A stretch of 64,000 bases of DNA from Dehalococcoidia bacterium (GCA_003599735.1 QZJI01000071.1:7778-71777), one strand, 5' to 3'. Positions 1-10,911 are shown, numbered from the stretch's first letter. The notes: generated by a model not told the origin, from the letters alone. Translations and numbers: made by a program.

Positions 1-386
1 CTCGCCTGGACGTTCGGCGGGAGCGAGAGCGACTGGAGGATCTCCGTGACCGCGGCTTCGGTCCCCTGGAGGTCGACGCCGAAGTCGAAGGAGAGCAGCA
101 GCACGCCGAGCCCCTGCGTGCTGGTCGACTGCGTGGACTGGAGGCCCTCTAGGCCGGCGGTCGCGGCTTCGAGTGGGGCGATCGTCCCTCGGACGACCTC
201 GCCGGGTTGCGCCTCAGGCGCCTGGGCAACCACGACGATCAGCGGGAACTCGATGTCGGGGATGAGCTCCTGGTTGATGCGCGTCGCGGAGAGCGCTCCC
301 GCGCCCAGCACCAGCGCGATGGCGACGATCACGAACCCGGCGCGCCGGTACGATAGCTCCGTGAACCATGCGACGATTCGGCTCAT
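1..386 (-). CDS. RND-family efflux transporter permease, N-terminal part (gene runs off window start)
   Basis: Reverse-complement translation from ATG at 386: MSRIVAWFTELSYRRAGFVIVAIALVLGAGALSATRINQELIPDIEFPLIVVVAQAPEAQPG... This is the typical RND N-terminus (TM1 then periplasmic loop). There is no stop before the window edge. Confidence 0.6.
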   Translation of the reverse strand, partial: MSRIVAWFTELSYRRAGFVIVAIALVLGAGALSATRINQELIPDIEFPLIVVVAQAPEAQPGEVVRGTIAPLEAATAGLEGLQSTQSTSTQGLGVLLLSFDFGVDLQGTEAAVTEILQSLSLPPNVQA

Positions 387-502
387 ACAGGCTCCGGTTC
401 TAAGCGCCGCATATGCACGACATAGATTGAATATTTCCCCGTAATGCGATTATTATCGCACGTGGACGTATTCGCAAGCACGTCTGGGACGAAGGATGTG
501 AC

Positions 503-967
503 ATGGCGTCGCGGGAGCACCTGGTCGAGGACATCCAGCGGCTGATGACCACGGCCGCCACGGCGAGCGCGGGGACGCGGCCCATGCCGTGGCTGGCGGT
601 CGACCTCTCGATGGCCCAGCTCAAGGCGCTGATGGTGCTGCACGCGCGCGGCATCGTCCGCGTCGGCGAGGTCGCACACATGCTCGCGATGTCGCCGAAC
701 GCCACGACCGCCGTGCTCGACCGCCTCGAGGAGGAAGGCCTCACCCAGCGTCAGCCGGATCCCACCGACCGCCGCGCCGTCCTCGTGGGCCTCACCCAGC
801 ACGGGAGCGAGTGGATCACGGAACTGCTCTCCGCGAACGTCCGCGACTTTGGAGAACTGCTCGGCGAGCTCACCGTGGCAGAGCTCCAAGCGCTCCACTT
901 CGGGATGAGCGCGGTGAACCGAGTGCTGCAGCGGAGCGACGCCGTCAAGCCTCTGGTGGCCGAATGA
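503..967 (+). CDS. MarR family transcriptional regulator (divergent from the RND gene)
   Basis: 154 aa. wHTH core: VLHARGIVRVGEVAHMLAMSPNATTAVLDRLEEEGLTQRQPDPTDRRAVLVGLTQHG. Confidence 0.75.
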   Translation: MASREHLVEDIQRLMTTAATASAGTRPMPWLAVDLSMAQLKALMVLHARGIVRVGEVAHMLAMSPNATTAVLDRLEEEGLTQRQPDPTDRRAVLVGLTQHGSEWITELLSANVRDFGELLGELTVAELQALHFGMSAVNRVLQRSDAVKPLVAE

Positions 968-1051
968 ATTGCCCTACCGACCGCGACCGAGGCGCTGGGG
1001 TGCCCGGCCGGGTGAAGCGGTACGCGAACATCACGGACGCGGGCATCCTGC

Positions 1052-3007
1052 ATGACTAAGCCGTCCCGACGGCGGCTCGTCTTCTTGCTCGCCATGATGT
1101 CCACGCTCGTGCTCGCACTGCTGCTCGCGCTGCGGCCGTCCGGCGGAGTCGATCAACCCCTCTCATACGTGATCGCGGAGGCGCAAGCCAGGCGCGTCGA
1201 ACGGATCGAGGTACGTGGCGACGTCCTCACCGTCCACCTCGCCGGGACGGAGGAGCCGATCCGCTCCCGCAAGGAGTCGTCGTCCTCCATCGAGGGGATC
1301 CTTCGCCACAACGGCGTGCCGATCGGTGCTGACGGCGTGGAGGTCGTGGTCAGGGGCGAAGGCACATCGATCGTCTCGCTCGTCCTGAACTTCCTGCCCT
1401 TCATCCTCATCGGCGGCCTCCTCTTCTTCATGCTGCGACGGATGGGCGGCGCCAATAACCAGGCGATGGCGTTCGGCAAGAGTCGCGCGAAGATGAATCT
1501 GAGCACCCGGCCGACGGTCACCTTCGAGGACGTCGCCGGCCAGGAAGAGGCGAAGCAGGAGCTGCACGAAATCGTCGAGTTCCTGAAGTACCCGGAGAAG
1601 TTCTCAGCCCTCGGTGCGCGCATCCCTCACGGCGTGCTGCTTATCGGACCGCCGGGCACCGGCAAGACGATGGTGGCGCGCGCCGTCTCCGGCGAGGCCG
1701 GAGTGCCGTTCTTCCACCTCTCCGGCTCGGAGTTCGTTGAGATGTTCGTCGGCGTGGGCGCCAGCCGGGTGCGCGACCTCTTCAAGAACGCCAAGGAGAA
1801 TGCGCCGGCGATCGTCTTCATCGACGAGATCGACGCGGTCGGCCGCCAGCGTGGTTCGGGCCTGGGCGGTGGACACGACGAACGCGAACAGGCACTCAAC
1901 CAGATCCTCGTGGAGATGGACGGCTTCGACACCGAGGCCAACGTGATCGTGATCGCGGCCACCAACCGCCCGGATGTGCTCGACCCGGCGCTGCTGCGCC
2001 CCGGCCGCTTCGACCGCCAGGTCACGCTCGACCTGCCCGACGTCCGCGGCCGCAGGCAGGTGCTCGACGTCCATGTGACAGGCAAGCCGGTCGACGAGTC
2101 CATCAGTCTCGATACGATCGCGAAGCAGACGCCTGGCTTCTCCGGCGCGGACCTCGCCAACCTTGTAAACGAGGCCGCGATCCTCGCGGCGCGGCGTGGC
2201 AAGAAGCGCATCTCCATGGACGAGCTCAACGAGGCCGTCGACCGTGTGATCGCCGGCCCGGAGCGCAAGTCCCGCGTGATCACCGAGGTCGAGAAGAAGA
2301 TCATCGCTTACCACGAGGCGGGCCACACCGTGGCCGGCTACTTCTCGCCGCGGGCAGACATCCCGTTCAAGGTCACCATCGTCGCGCGCGGCATGGCGGG
2401 CGGCTCCACCCGCTCGCTGCCCTCGGACGACCGGCGCCTGCAGGACCGCTCCTACTACGAGGCGATGATGACGATGGCGCTCGGCGGACACGTCTCGGAG
2501 GAGACCGTGTTCGGCGAGATGACCACCGGCGCCCACGACGACATCGGCAAGGTGACGCAGATCGCCCGCGCGATGGTGACCCAGTGGGGCATGTCTCCGC
2601 GCCTCGGTCCAAGGACGTTCGGCAAGGGCGAGCAGGCGACCTTCCTCGGTCGTGACATCTCCCGAGGACGAGACTACTCCGAGCGCACCGCCGAGCAGAT
2701 CGACGACGAGGTGCGCCGCCTCGTCGGCGAGGCACACGCGCGCTGTCGCGCGGTCATCGCGGAGCATCGGGACACACTCGATCGGCTCGCGTCGCGGCTG
2801 ATGGAGGTGGAGACTGTCGAAGGCGACGACTTGCTGCGCCTCCTCGGCCCAGTCGAAGGGCGCCCGCTGCCCGCCGATGGGCCGACGTCATCGTCCGGAG
2901 GGCGCGCGTCTCCGGCGCCGGCCGTCGACGCATCGCACGAGGATGACACCCCTCCGCGACGCGCCGGCCTGACATGGGGCCCGCGCCCCAACAGCGGGGC
3001 CGACTAA
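1052..3007 (+). CDS. ftsH: ATP-dependent zinc metalloprotease FtsH
   Basis: 651 aa. N-terminal TM, AAA Walker A GPPGTGKT, second region of homology, zinc site HEAGH. Confidence 0.95.
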   Translation: MTKPSRRRLVFLLAMMSTLVLALLLALRPSGGVDQPLSYVIAEAQARRVERIEVRGDVLTVHLAGTEEPIRSRKESSSSIEGILRHNGVPIGADGVEVVVRGEGTSIVSLVLNFLPFILIGGLLFFMLRRMGGANNQAMAFGKSRAKMNLSTRPTVTFEDVAGQEEAKQELHEIVEFLKYPEKFSALGARIPHGVLLIGPPGTGKTMVARAVSGEAGVPFFHLSGSEFVEMFVGVGASRVRDLFKNAKENAPAIVFIDEIDAVGRQRGSGLGGGHDEREQALNQILVEMDGFDTEANVIVIAATNRPDVLDPALLRPGRFDRQVTLDLPDVRGRRQVLDVHVTGKPVDESISLDTIAKQTPGFSGADLANLVNEAAILAARRGKKRISMDELNEAVDRVIAGPERKSRVITEVEKKIIAYHEAGHTVAGYFSPRADIPFKVTIVARGMAGGSTRSLPSDDRRLQDRSYYEAMMTMALGGHVSEETVFGEMTTGAHDDIGKVTQIARAMVTQWGMSPRLGPRTFGKGEQATFLGRDISRGRDYSERTAEQIDDEVRRLVGEAHARCRAVIAEHRDTLDRLASRLMEVETVEGDDLLRLLGPVEGRPLPADGPTSSSGGRASPAPAVDASHEDDTPPRRAGLTWGPRPNSGAD

Positions 3008-3045
3008 CGGCGATAGGACTCAGGTCACGATCAGCACACGGGCGC

Positions 3046-3492
3046 TCACGGGCGCGTCTCGCTGTCGCGTAGCGCCTCCACCAGGGCGGCGTATCCACGA
3101 TGCAGCGCCCTCAGGTCATCGTCACCCAGCGCCGCGAGCAGGGCCGCGAGACGCTCCACGCCCGCCGTCGTGATCTCCTCCACGAGATCGGTGCCGGCAG
3201 GCGTCAGCGACACCAGCGTCACCCGGCGGTCGGCCGGGTGACGCTCCCGCTGGATGAGCGCCTGGCCCTGCAGTCGGTCGACGATGCCTGTCGCCACGGC
3301 TGCGCTCACCTCGATCGCGCGGGCGAGCGCGCTGATTGACTGTGGCCCCTTGGCGAACAGGACCATCACCGTCTTGAGCTGCACAAGCGTGATGTCGAGC
3401 TTGAGGTACGGCTCCGGCGCCGCTCCTGCCTGAAGCTGGATGGCTTCCTTGAACAGCGCTGTCACGGCCTGAATCTCGTCCCGTCGCGCCAC
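3046..3492 (-). CDS. MarR family transcriptional regulator
   Basis: MarR wHTH: LVQLKTVMVLFAKGPQSISALARAIEVSAAVATGIVDRLQGQALIQRERHPADRRVTLVSLTPAG. The upstream 5' part of the ORF looks non-coding; GTG start near 3492 was chosen. Confidence 0.7.
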   Translation of the reverse strand: MARRDEIQAVTALFKEAIQLQAGAAPEPYLKLDITLVQLKTVMVLFAKGPQSISALARAIEVSAAVATGIVDRLQGQALIQRERHPADRRVTLVSLTPAGTDLVEEITTAGVERLAALLAALGDDDLRALHRGYAALVEALRDSETRP

Positions 3493-3583
3493 TGCCCATC
3501 CCCGATCCGGCTGTCGTCTATTCCTCAATGTAACATTGACTATCAGTGCGATACTACAAGAGATCGAGTGAGAGGGGGCAGTC

Positions 3584-4297
3584 ATGCAGCCGATCGGCGC
3601 CGAACTGATCTCGGACGATGTGTACCGCTGCGCGGGCACTCGTCCGGGGCTGGTCGGCTATCTGGTCCGCAATGACAGAGGCTGGACAGCGGTCGATGCG
3701 GACGAGGCGTACCTGGACGAAGCTGCCGTGTCTCCGGTGCGCACGTTGTTCACCTGTCCACTGCTGCGTGCGTCCGTTACGGACGCACGCCTGGACTCCC
3801 CGACGTGGCCCGTCAGCGGAGCGGTCAGCTATGGCAGTGACACAGGGCATCAGGTCGTCCACAGTCCTACGCATCGGATCCTCTTCGTCGGTGACTTGCT
3901 CGATGAGCCGCGTCCGTGCCGGTCTTCTCCAGTATGTCGCGAACCGCTTCCCGCCGAGCTCCATGTGCTTGCCGCCCTGCTCCGGCTGGATGCTGAGATC
4001 GCATTCACGGCCTCCGGGCGAAGGCTGACCGACCACCCGAGGCAGGCCGCGATCCGCCTTGAGCACATCCGCAGTCGTTGCCAGCAGGTATTGGAGGCGG
4101 TCGCCGCTGGGGCTGAGACGACTGAAGCGATCATCGGGTTTCTCCAGTCGCACGCCGCATTCGACTGGAGCGACGGCGTAGTGCCTATCCACGCGCTCGT
4201 CACCTCCTATCTGACCGTACTCGTGGACGAGGCCCACCTCGTGCGGGCGTCGGGTGTCGGCCGGGACATCTACCGCATCGCCGTATCCAGCTATTAG
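3584..4297 (+). CDS. MBL-fold-like protein, degenerate (no HxHxDH motif)
   Basis: The C-terminal half resembles the MBL-fold C-terminal wHTH-like extension (RLEHIRSRCQQVLEAVAAGAETTEAIIGFLQSH...). The N-terminal half lacks the metal-binding histidines. Confidence 0.4.
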   Translation: MQPIGAELISDDVYRCAGTRPGLVGYLVRNDRGWTAVDADEAYLDEAAVSPVRTLFTCPLLRASVTDARLDSPTWPVSGAVSYGSDTGHQVVHSPTHRILFVGDLLDEPRPCRSSPVCREPLPAELHVLAALLRLDAEIAFTASGRRLTDHPRQAAIRLEHIRSRCQQVLEAVAAGAETTEAIIGFLQSHAAFDWSDGVVPIHALVTSYLTVLVDEAHLVRASGVGRDIYRIAVSSY

Positions 4298-4317
4298 CGG
4301 ATCGAAAGGACATCCAG

Positions 4318-4545
4318 ATGGGACTGTTCTCGCGAAAGCGCCGTGACCACGACGCTAACGCGGCGTCCGATGCGCCGCGAGAGTGTCAGCACACGACGCT
4401 TGCCCCTCGTTGGGACAGCGCAGCCGACATGGGCAAGACAGACAAGGTCGCCCGCTATCGATGCGGGTCATGCCGCGCTGAGTTCAGCGCCGCAGAGGGT
4501 GAAGCACTCATCGCGCGGCCGTTGGAACGCGATGCGGACCGCTGA
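4318..4545 (+). CDS. small hypothetical protein with C-x2-C motif (YRCGSCRAEF)
   Basis: 75 aa ORF. AAAGGA-like RBS 8 nt upstream. Moderate GC3 bias. Confidence 0.3.
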   Translation: MGLFSRKRRDHDANAASDAPRECQHTTLAPRWDSAADMGKTDKVARYRCGSCRAEFSAAEGEALIARPLERDADR

Positions 4546-4930
4546 GGATCAGAGCATGTCACTGCCCTCGTATTGATGGTTCGGATACCCGATCCAAGAC
4601 TTTCGGGCCAGCACAGCTCCGAGCAATTCGCCGCGGGATATCCTCATCCCGGTCGACGTCAAGGTCAGTGAGCGTGGCTTCGCGGCCGACGCACAGCACC
4701 GAGGGGACTGGCCGACAGGAACTGAGAACCGGCCCGTTCCGAAACGAGGAGGCGGCATACTGAGCGGCTGGTCCGACGTTGCGCGCGCAGGGGAACGTCG
4801 GACCAGCCGGGATGGCCAGACGCCGGCGGTCTGGACACGTCGCCGCGCTCGGGACCGTGGCGGGATTGGCGCCCCTGCTCTCATTCGGTGCCTCGGCAGT
4901 CTGACGCCTGGCGCTCACCCTCCCCACAGC

Positions 4931-5845
4931 TTGCCGGCGGTGGACAGAATTCGAGTAGTTCATGCCCGTACATACCCCCGTCTGTACGGTCGGTTTCGGG
5001 CGCCGCAGAAGGAAATCTCATTGGCCGAAGCAATCGCATCAGGGGTCTGGTGGCTCCACGGTACGCGCGGCAGCAACGTCTTCCTGGCGGAGACCACATC
5101 TGGAGGACTCGTCCTCGTTGACGCGGGATTCGCCCGGAGCTTCGACGGCATCGTTGACGACGTCGAGTCCATACGGCCCGGCGCACGCGTCACTCACCTC
5201 TTCCTGACTCACAATCACGTCGACCATGCCGGGGCAGCGGCGAGTCTCCGGCAGCACTACGGGGCGCTGGTCGTGGCCGGTGCCGCAGATTGCGAATTCA
5301 CTGACAGCACGGGGCCGTACACACTGCGCGAGCAGGTCGGCGCATCCCACCGCCGACAGCGGGCGCTCCAGCGTATCCTGAGACGCGGCGCCGCAGTCGG
5401 CGAGGTCATCGCAGACCGACCGCTGTCTGGAGCGGTCGAGGTCGCGGGAGTCCGCGCATTCCCCACGCCGGGTCACACCCCTGGTTCTTACTGCTATGTG
5501 CTCGCGGATCGGGACCTCGCGTTCGTCGGCGACCTCGTCATCAGTCATCCGGGCGGGCTATCGCGTCCGATGAAGACCGCGAACGATGATGACGCCGAGT
5601 ACCTTCGTTCTCTGAGGGCGTTCGCACAGTGCGCCCCGGACAGAGGCTGCCCCGGGCACGGTGCGATGGTCCAGCACGACTTCCGGGACCAACTCCTCAC
5701 GCTCGCCGCGTTCAGCCGCAGAGGTCTCCTGTCACCGGCGGGTGCCTGGGGCCGGGGGGTGCGGCTGTGGGGGTTCGCCCGGGGGATCTCGCGCGAACGT
5801 CGCCCCGATCCGCCCGGGGCCGCCAAGCCGCACCGCAAGCAATAG
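4931..5845 (+). CDS. MBL fold metallo-hydrolase
   Basis: THNHVDHAG (HxHxDH) and downstream His/Asp ligands; typical N-terminal beta-sheet region. Start codon uncertain. Confidence 0.75.
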   Translation: MPAVDRIRVVHARTYPRLYGRFRAPQKEISLAEAIASGVWWLHGTRGSNVFLAETTSGGLVLVDAGFARSFDGIVDDVESIRPGARVTHLFLTHNHVDHAGAAASLRQHYGALVVAGAADCEFTDSTGPYTLREQVGASHRRQRALQRILRRGAAVGEVIADRPLSGAVEVAGVRAFPTPGHTPGSYCYVLADRDLAFVGDLVISHPGGLSRPMKTANDDDAEYLRSLRAFAQCAPDRGCPGHGAMVQHDFRDQLLTLAAFSRRGLLSPAGAWGRGVRLWGFARGISRERRPDPPGAAKPHRKQ

Positions 5846-5876
5846 CACCCCGCATGCAGAGGGAAGTGAGAAGCAT

Positions 5877-6482
5877 ATGACTACACACGCGGCTGCGGGT
5901 GCTGACCGCGGGCGCCCTCGCGATTCGTCCATCGATGGCCGAATCCTTCGCGCGGCCGTCGAACTAATCGTGGAGCAGGGCCCATCTGCTGTGACCGTCG
6001 ATGACGTTGCCCGACAGGCGGAGACTTCGAAGGCCACCGTCTACCGCCGCTGGCCCAGGAAGGAGCATCTCCTCGAAGGAACGGTGAGGAGCGCCCTTGC
6101 TCTCGCACCCCCGACAGTTGATGTCAGCGATCCGAGGGCGGCGCTCGTCAGTCTCGTGGATCACTGGCTCCGCCTGGCCGCGGAGGAACCTATCTGGGAG
6201 GTCCTCTTCCGATCGTTTGGGGCCGCTGAGCATCCGCCAGGGTATGACAGGGTGAGAGAGGCCGTGATCGCGCGTCACCTGACCGACCCGGTGACCACGA
6301 TCCTCCGCCGGGCTGAACCACCAGCCGCACCTCAGCTCGTATCGGATCTCTTCCTGGGCCTATCGCTGGTCAAGAGGGCCTTCCGGAACGCAAGGGAACG
6401 ACAGAGTTACGCGGAGTCAGCAGTCAACCTGATCTGGCCGGGATTGCAGGCGGGAGCCGCCCGTCCAGCCCCAACAGAATGA
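5877..6482 (+). CDS. TetR/AcrR family transcriptional regulator
   Basis: TetR_N HTH: ILRAAVELIVEQGPSAVTVDDVARQAETSKATVYRRWPRKEHLL. ATG at 5877 is preceded by a GGGAAGTGAGAAG RBS. Confidence 0.8.
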   Translation: MTTHAAAGADRGRPRDSSIDGRILRAAVELIVEQGPSAVTVDDVARQAETSKATVYRRWPRKEHLLEGTVRSALALAPPTVDVSDPRAALVSLVDHWLRLAAEEPIWEVLFRSFGAAEHPPGYDRVREAVIARHLTDPVTTILRRAEPPAAPQLVSDLFLGLSLVKRAFRNARERQSYAESAVNLIWPGLQAGAARPAPTE

Positions 6483-6629
6483 CGCGCCTCGCGAGGACGT
6501 CCGTGTATGCGCACACCGAACCCTGACGACCGCATCCGGTACTCATCCCGTCAGGGGCGCTGGACGCCCCCCGGCGATGGTCATCCCGATCATCAGTTGC
6601 TACAGCCGCAAGTTGCCCGAGAGTCGCCA

Positions 6630-7088
6630 TCAGGGACGCACGAGCAGGACGGCCGTTTCCTTGACCTCCCGGACCACATGCTCGGCCACCGAACCAAGCA
6701 TGGCACGCCGAATCCCCTTCCGCCCGTGGGTCGTCATGATGACCAGGTCCGCCGACGCATCGCGAGTTGCGGCGACGATCTGCTCGCCGGGATTCCCCGT
6801 GACGACCAGCGGACTGACGGCACCGGTCCAGCCGAGTTCGCGGAGCTCGTCGCGTGCGGCGTCCAGGTCGGCGCGGAGCCGACGCTGCTCGGCCTCGCTC
6901 ACCTTCCTTGCCACGTCCGGTGGGACATCAGCCACGATCCCGGTCTGCCGGGACAGTGCGGATGCGACCGACTCCATCACTGCGATCAGGATGACCGCCT
7001 TCGGATTGATGCGCGCAACGTGAGCGAGGGCCTTGCGCGAAAATTCAGAGCCATCCAGCGGAACGACGGCCGTCTCATACTGATCCAC
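6630..7088 (-). CDS. universal stress protein (UspA family)
   Basis: 152 aa. VVPLDGSEFSRKALAHV ... DLVIMTTHGRKGIRRAMLGSVAEHVVREVKETAVLLVRP. Confidence 0.85.
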   Translation of the reverse strand: MDQYETAVVPLDGSEFSRKALAHVARINPKAVILIAVMESVASALSRQTGIVADVPPDVARKVSEAEQRRLRADLDAARDELRELGWTGAVSPLVVTGNPGEQIVAATRDASADLVIMTTHGRKGIRRAMLGSVAEHVVREVKETAVLLVRP

Positions 7089-7109
7089 AGGTCACCGTGC
7101 CCTTCTCGT

Positions 7110-9326
7110 CTAGTTCCTATCGGTGTTGGCGTCGACGACCATCGGGCCTGCTGTCGACCCCTCGATCTGTACCCTCGGCAAGAGCCGGTCGAGCCAGCCG
7201 GGGAACCACCAGTTCGCATCGCCGAGCAACTCCATCACCGCCGGAACAAGGACCAGCCGGACCACCGTCGCGTCCAGGAAAATCGCGACGCCCAGACCGA
7301 CCCCGAACTCCTTGATGATGCGTCCCTCAGACAGCGCGAAACTGAGGAAGACAGCCACCATGATCGCCGCGGCAGCAGTGATCACCCGTGCCGTCTGCGT
7401 GACGCCCCGAGCGACCGCTTGAGAGTTGCCCATGCCGCCCACGTAGTTCTCCCGAATCCGGGAGAGGAGGAAGACCTCGTAGTCCATCGAGAGGCCGAAC
7501 AAGACCGCGAACAACATCATCGGCAAGAACGACTCGATCGGCCCCGCGCCACCCGTCTGCAGCGGCCCAGATAGCCAGCCCCACTGGAAGATCGCAACGA
7601 GCACTCCATAGGCGGCTCCGATCGAGAGCAGGTTCATCAGGGCTGCCTTGAGGGGGACCACGATCGAGCGGAATACGGCCATCAGCAGCACGAAGCTCAG
7701 GCCGATGACGATCGCCAGGAAGAGGGGGAGGCGCTCGGTGATGCGGTCACCGATATCCGAGAATGCCGCAGTGATTCCCCCGACGTGCGCCTCCAGGCCG
7801 GTGCCGGCTGTCGCCAGCGGGATCACCTCGTCGCGGATTCTGTGCAGCAACAACGTCGTCGACTCGTCCTGGGGCGCTCCGACCGGGATCACCGAGATAA
7901 CTGCGGCACCGCCGGCTGGGCTCACGACCGGTAGCGACGCGAATGCCACGCCTTCTGCGGCCCCGAGGGCCGCGGACAGTGCGTTCAACTCTGCCTCGGC
8001 CCCACCCTCGGGAAGTTCCACAGCTACAACAAGCGGACCGTTGAACCCGGCGCCGAACCCCGACGAGAGGAGGTCGTAGGCGCGCCGGCTGCGCATCGAT
8101 TCCGGGTTGTTCCCCGCGTCGGAGAAGCCCAGCCGCATGTCAAGCGCAGGAGCCGCAAGCAGCAACAGCAACGCGGTGGCGCCCACCGCCGAAGTCCACG
8201 CGTGCCGCTGGACGGCCGTTGAGAGTCGGAACCAGATCCCGGTATCCCGGTGCGTCTCCACCGAGTGGAACGCGCGGATCTGCCAGCGGTCGATGTGGTG
8301 CCCGATCGCCCCCAGGAGCGCAGGGAGGAGCGTCGTTGCGACCAACACCGCGCTCAGGACCACGGTCGCCCCAGCGACGCCGATCGCGGCGACAAACTCG
8401 ATCCCGACAATGAATAGGGCAAGGAGCGCGATCACGACGGCGCCGCCCGCGAAGATGACGGCGCGGCCAGCCGTGTCGACCGCGACGGAGACTGCCTCGA
8501 TCACGCTCAGCCCACGGGCCAGTTCCTCGCGATAACGCGTGACGACAAGCAGTGCGTAGTCGATGCCGACGCCAATTCCGATCATGGCTGCGAATGCCGG
8601 TGTGAACGAACTCATCGCAAGCACGCGCGCCGCGAGCAGGATCAGCAGCAGCCCCGTGGCGAGACTGAATAGCGCGGTAACCATGGGAAGGCCCATCGCC
8701 ACCGCCGAGCCGAACGCGATCAAGAGGATGACGGCGCCAGCGGCGAGCCCGATCAGCTCGGCCCGACCGGGTGGCACGATCTCTCCAGACTGGACCACCG
8801 CACCGCCGACCTCTAGCTGGAGCTCCGGAGTCGACCGATCGTCAACGAAGTCGAACAACGCCTCGAGCGTGGAGTCGGGGAGTTCGATGCCTCGTCCGGA
8901 ATACTGCAGCGTCGCGTACGCGATCGCCCCGTCTCGTGAAATCGACCCAGCGCCTGGTGCGTATGGCGAGACGACGACTGCAACGTCCGGGAGTTGCGCG
9001 GCCTGCGCGAGGAGGTCCTCCACGCGTGCGCGCACCGCCTCATCGTTGAAGCCCGCAGGTGCCTGCATCACCAGGAGTGCAGGGTCTCCTGCCTGCTGCG
9101 GGAACCGCTCTTCGAGCAGGTCACGAGCTGCCTGAGATTCCGTCCCGGGGAGCTGTATATCGTCGGCGAAGCGTCCGCGTTCGCTGGCCCCTACGACGCC
9201 CAGGACGCCCACGAAGATCACCCACGCGAGGATCACCCGGCGCCAGTGCCGGGCGGCGTACGCGCCCCAACGGGCGAGAGGGCCCACCCGCAGTCCGCTT
9301 GCTTCCGAAGGTGTCGATGTCGTCAT
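7110..9326 (-). CDS. MMPL family RND-type transporter
   Basis: 738 aa. Two 6-TM bundles with large extracytoplasmic loops. 4-nt overlap with the upstream MarR gene (operon). Confidence 0.85.
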   Translation of the reverse strand: MTTSTPSEASGLRVGPLARWGAYAARHWRRVILAWVIFVGVLGVVGASERGRFADDIQLPGTESQAARDLLEERFPQQAGDPALLVMQAPAGFNDEAVRARVEDLLAQAAQLPDVAVVVSPYAPGAGSISRDGAIAYATLQYSGRGIELPDSTLEALFDFVDDRSTPELQLEVGGAVVQSGEIVPPGRAELIGLAAGAVILLIAFGSAVAMGLPMVTALFSLATGLLLILLAARVLAMSSFTPAFAAMIGIGVGIDYALLVVTRYREELARGLSVIEAVSVAVDTAGRAVIFAGGAVVIALLALFIVGIEFVAAIGVAGATVVLSAVLVATTLLPALLGAIGHHIDRWQIRAFHSVETHRDTGIWFRLSTAVQRHAWTSAVGATALLLLLAAPALDMRLGFSDAGNNPESMRSRRAYDLLSSGFGAGFNGPLVVAVELPEGGAEAELNALSAALGAAEGVAFASLPVVSPAGGAAVISVIPVGAPQDESTTLLLHRIRDEVIPLATAGTGLEAHVGGITAAFSDIGDRITERLPLFLAIVIGLSFVLLMAVFRSIVVPLKAALMNLLSIGAAYGVLVAIFQWGWLSGPLQTGGAGPIESFLPMMLFAVLFGLSMDYEVFLLSRIRENYVGGMGNSQAVARGVTQTARVITAAAAIMVAVFLSFALSEGRIIKEFGVGLGVAIFLDATVVRLVLVPAVMELLGDANWWFPGWLDRLLPRVQIEGSTAGPMVVDANTDRN

Positions 9327-9808
9327 TCGTCCTTGCCTGCAGTTCGCTGCGCCGGGGTGGGCTCGCTGGGTTCATAGTTCGCGGTGGCGGACGCTTCGAC
9401 GAGTTCTGCCAGCAGGTCAGCGAGCGCTGCCACGCGCGCCTCCCCGAGGACATCGAACGCCCGATTCAGATAAGCGCGTCCCTCGGTGAGGATCTCCTCG
9501 AGCACACGGCGGCCTGGTTCGGTCAGCGAAACGCGCACGACCCGCCGATCGACATCGTCAACTTCTCGGCTCAGGTACCCCGCGCGGTCCAGTCTGTCCA
9601 CCAGACCCGTGACCGTTGCCGGACGTGTGTGAAGTTCCCGCGCAATCTCGCCAACGGAGAGACGATCCTGCTGGTGGACCGCGAAGAGCAGCCCGATCTG
9701 GGCAATGGTTAGACGCCGGTCATGCCAGAAGCGCACCCGCAGCGGCTCGACGAGATTGATCGCCTCCCCGTAGGCCCGTAGCGCGCGGTCGACCAGAGCA
9801 CCGTCCAC
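9323..9808 (-). CDS. MarR family transcriptional regulator (operon with MMPL)
   Basis: 161 aa. IAQIGLLFAVHQQDRLSVGEIARELHTRPATVTGLVDRLDRAGYLSREVDDVDRRVVRVSLTEPG. Confidence 0.8.
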   Translation of the reverse strand: MDGALVDRALRAYGEAINLVEPLRVRFWHDRRLTIAQIGLLFAVHQQDRLSVGEIARELHTRPATVTGLVDRLDRAGYLSREVDDVDRRVVRVSLTEPGRRVLEEILTEGRAYLNRAFDVLGEARVAALADLLAELVEASATANYEPSEPTPAQRTAGKDE

Positions 9809-10101
9809 GAGGGGACTTCCTCACCGCATTCGATGGGCGTCGATCCGCCCAAGCCGCAATACCGAGGCTGGACACTCGGTTGCAAATGTTCCCTATGACA
9901 CGAGTATCATCGATGAGGCTAACGATAATCGCAAGCAGGCACAGACATCGTCACGACGCCCCGGAGAATGCGGACCTAGCGAATGGCCAAGAGGAACTGG
10001 GCCGCATCCGGGACGACGTCAATCGCGGCGTCGCTCATGCTGGCGAGATCAAGGCTGCTCGCGTGACGGACGTCTCTGCTGATGGACTGGATAGGGGTGG
10101 G

Positions 10102-10911
10102 ATGGCGATGAATAGCGCGACCAACACCGTCGGAGTCGTCCGTATGCCTGCGGTGTATCTCGCTCACGGCGCTCCGCCGCTGCTCGAGGACCCCATCTGG
10201 CCGGGCGAGCTGGCGGAATGGGGCAAGCGCCTCCCGCAGCCGAAGGCAATCTTGGTCGTTTCCGCGCACTGGGAGTCGGCACCGGTAACGATCGGTGCGA
10301 CCACCCCGGTGCCGCTGGTCTACGACTTCTACGGCTTCCCCGCGCGGTACTACGAAACAACCTATGCGCCGCCGGGTGCGCCAGGGCTCGCCGAGCGCGT
10401 CCGCAAACTGTTGTCCGATGTCAGCCCCACGGCAGAAGAGCCGACCCGCGGCCTGGACCACGGCGCATACATGCCACTGCTGGCGATGTACCCCGAGGCG
10501 GATGTTCCGGTACTCCAGATTTCGATGCCGAGTGAAGACCCGCGCGTACTCATGGAGATTGGCCGTCGACTCGCGCCGCTGCGCGATGAGGGTGTGCTAA
10601 TCATGGGCAGTGGATTCCTGACCCATAGCTTTGAGGCCGCGCGCCTGGCAGCGCAGGGCGGGCCGGCAGTGGTTCGCGCCGTCGCGGAATTCGACCAATG
10701 GGCAGCCGAAGCGCTGGCTCATCGGGATATCGACGCTCTGCTGGACTACCGTCACACGGCGCCCGCCCTGCAGTACGCCCATCCTCGGGTCGACCATTTC
10801 GTGCCGCTCTTCGTCGCGCTAGGCGCGAGCATCGAAGACGGAGCGCTGGCAGATACGCAGATCGAGGGATTCTGGCTGGGCAACTCGAAACGCTCGGTCC
10901 AGTTCGCGTAG
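10102..10911 (+). CDS. class III extradiol ring-cleavage dioxygenase (YgiD/DODA-like, LigB family)
   Basis: MPAVYLAHGAPP...ILVVSAHWES...VYDFYGFPARYYE...LDHGAYMPL. Start chosen at ATG 10102 after an AGGGG RBS; the upstream 5' extension of the ORF is unlikely to be coding. Confidence 0.8.
   Translation: MAMNSATNTVGVVRMPAVYLAHGAPPLLEDPIWPGELAEWGKRLPQPKAILVVSAHWESAPVTIGATTPVPLVYDFYGFPARYYETTYAPPGAPGLAERVRKLLSDVSPTAEEPTRGLDHGAYMPLLAMYPEADVPVLQISMPSEDPRVLMEIGRRLAPLRDEGVLIMGSGFLTHSFEAARLAAQGGPAVVRAVAEFDQWAAEALAHRDIDALLDYRHTAPALQYAHPRVDHFVPLFVALGASIEDGALADTQIEGFWLGNSKRSVQFA

Noticed and set aside
1604-2767. 387-aa minus-strand ORF (and 1627-2304) inside ftsH
   Set aside because: It lies antisense to a strongly supported FtsH CDS. 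It is a high-GC stop-codon-poor artefact with an Arg/Ala/Gly-rich low-complexity translation.
6507-7574. 355-aa plus-strand ORF overlapping the USP and MMPL genes
   Set aside because: It is antisense to two well-supported genes. Its composition is Arg/Pro/His-rich and it has no motifs.
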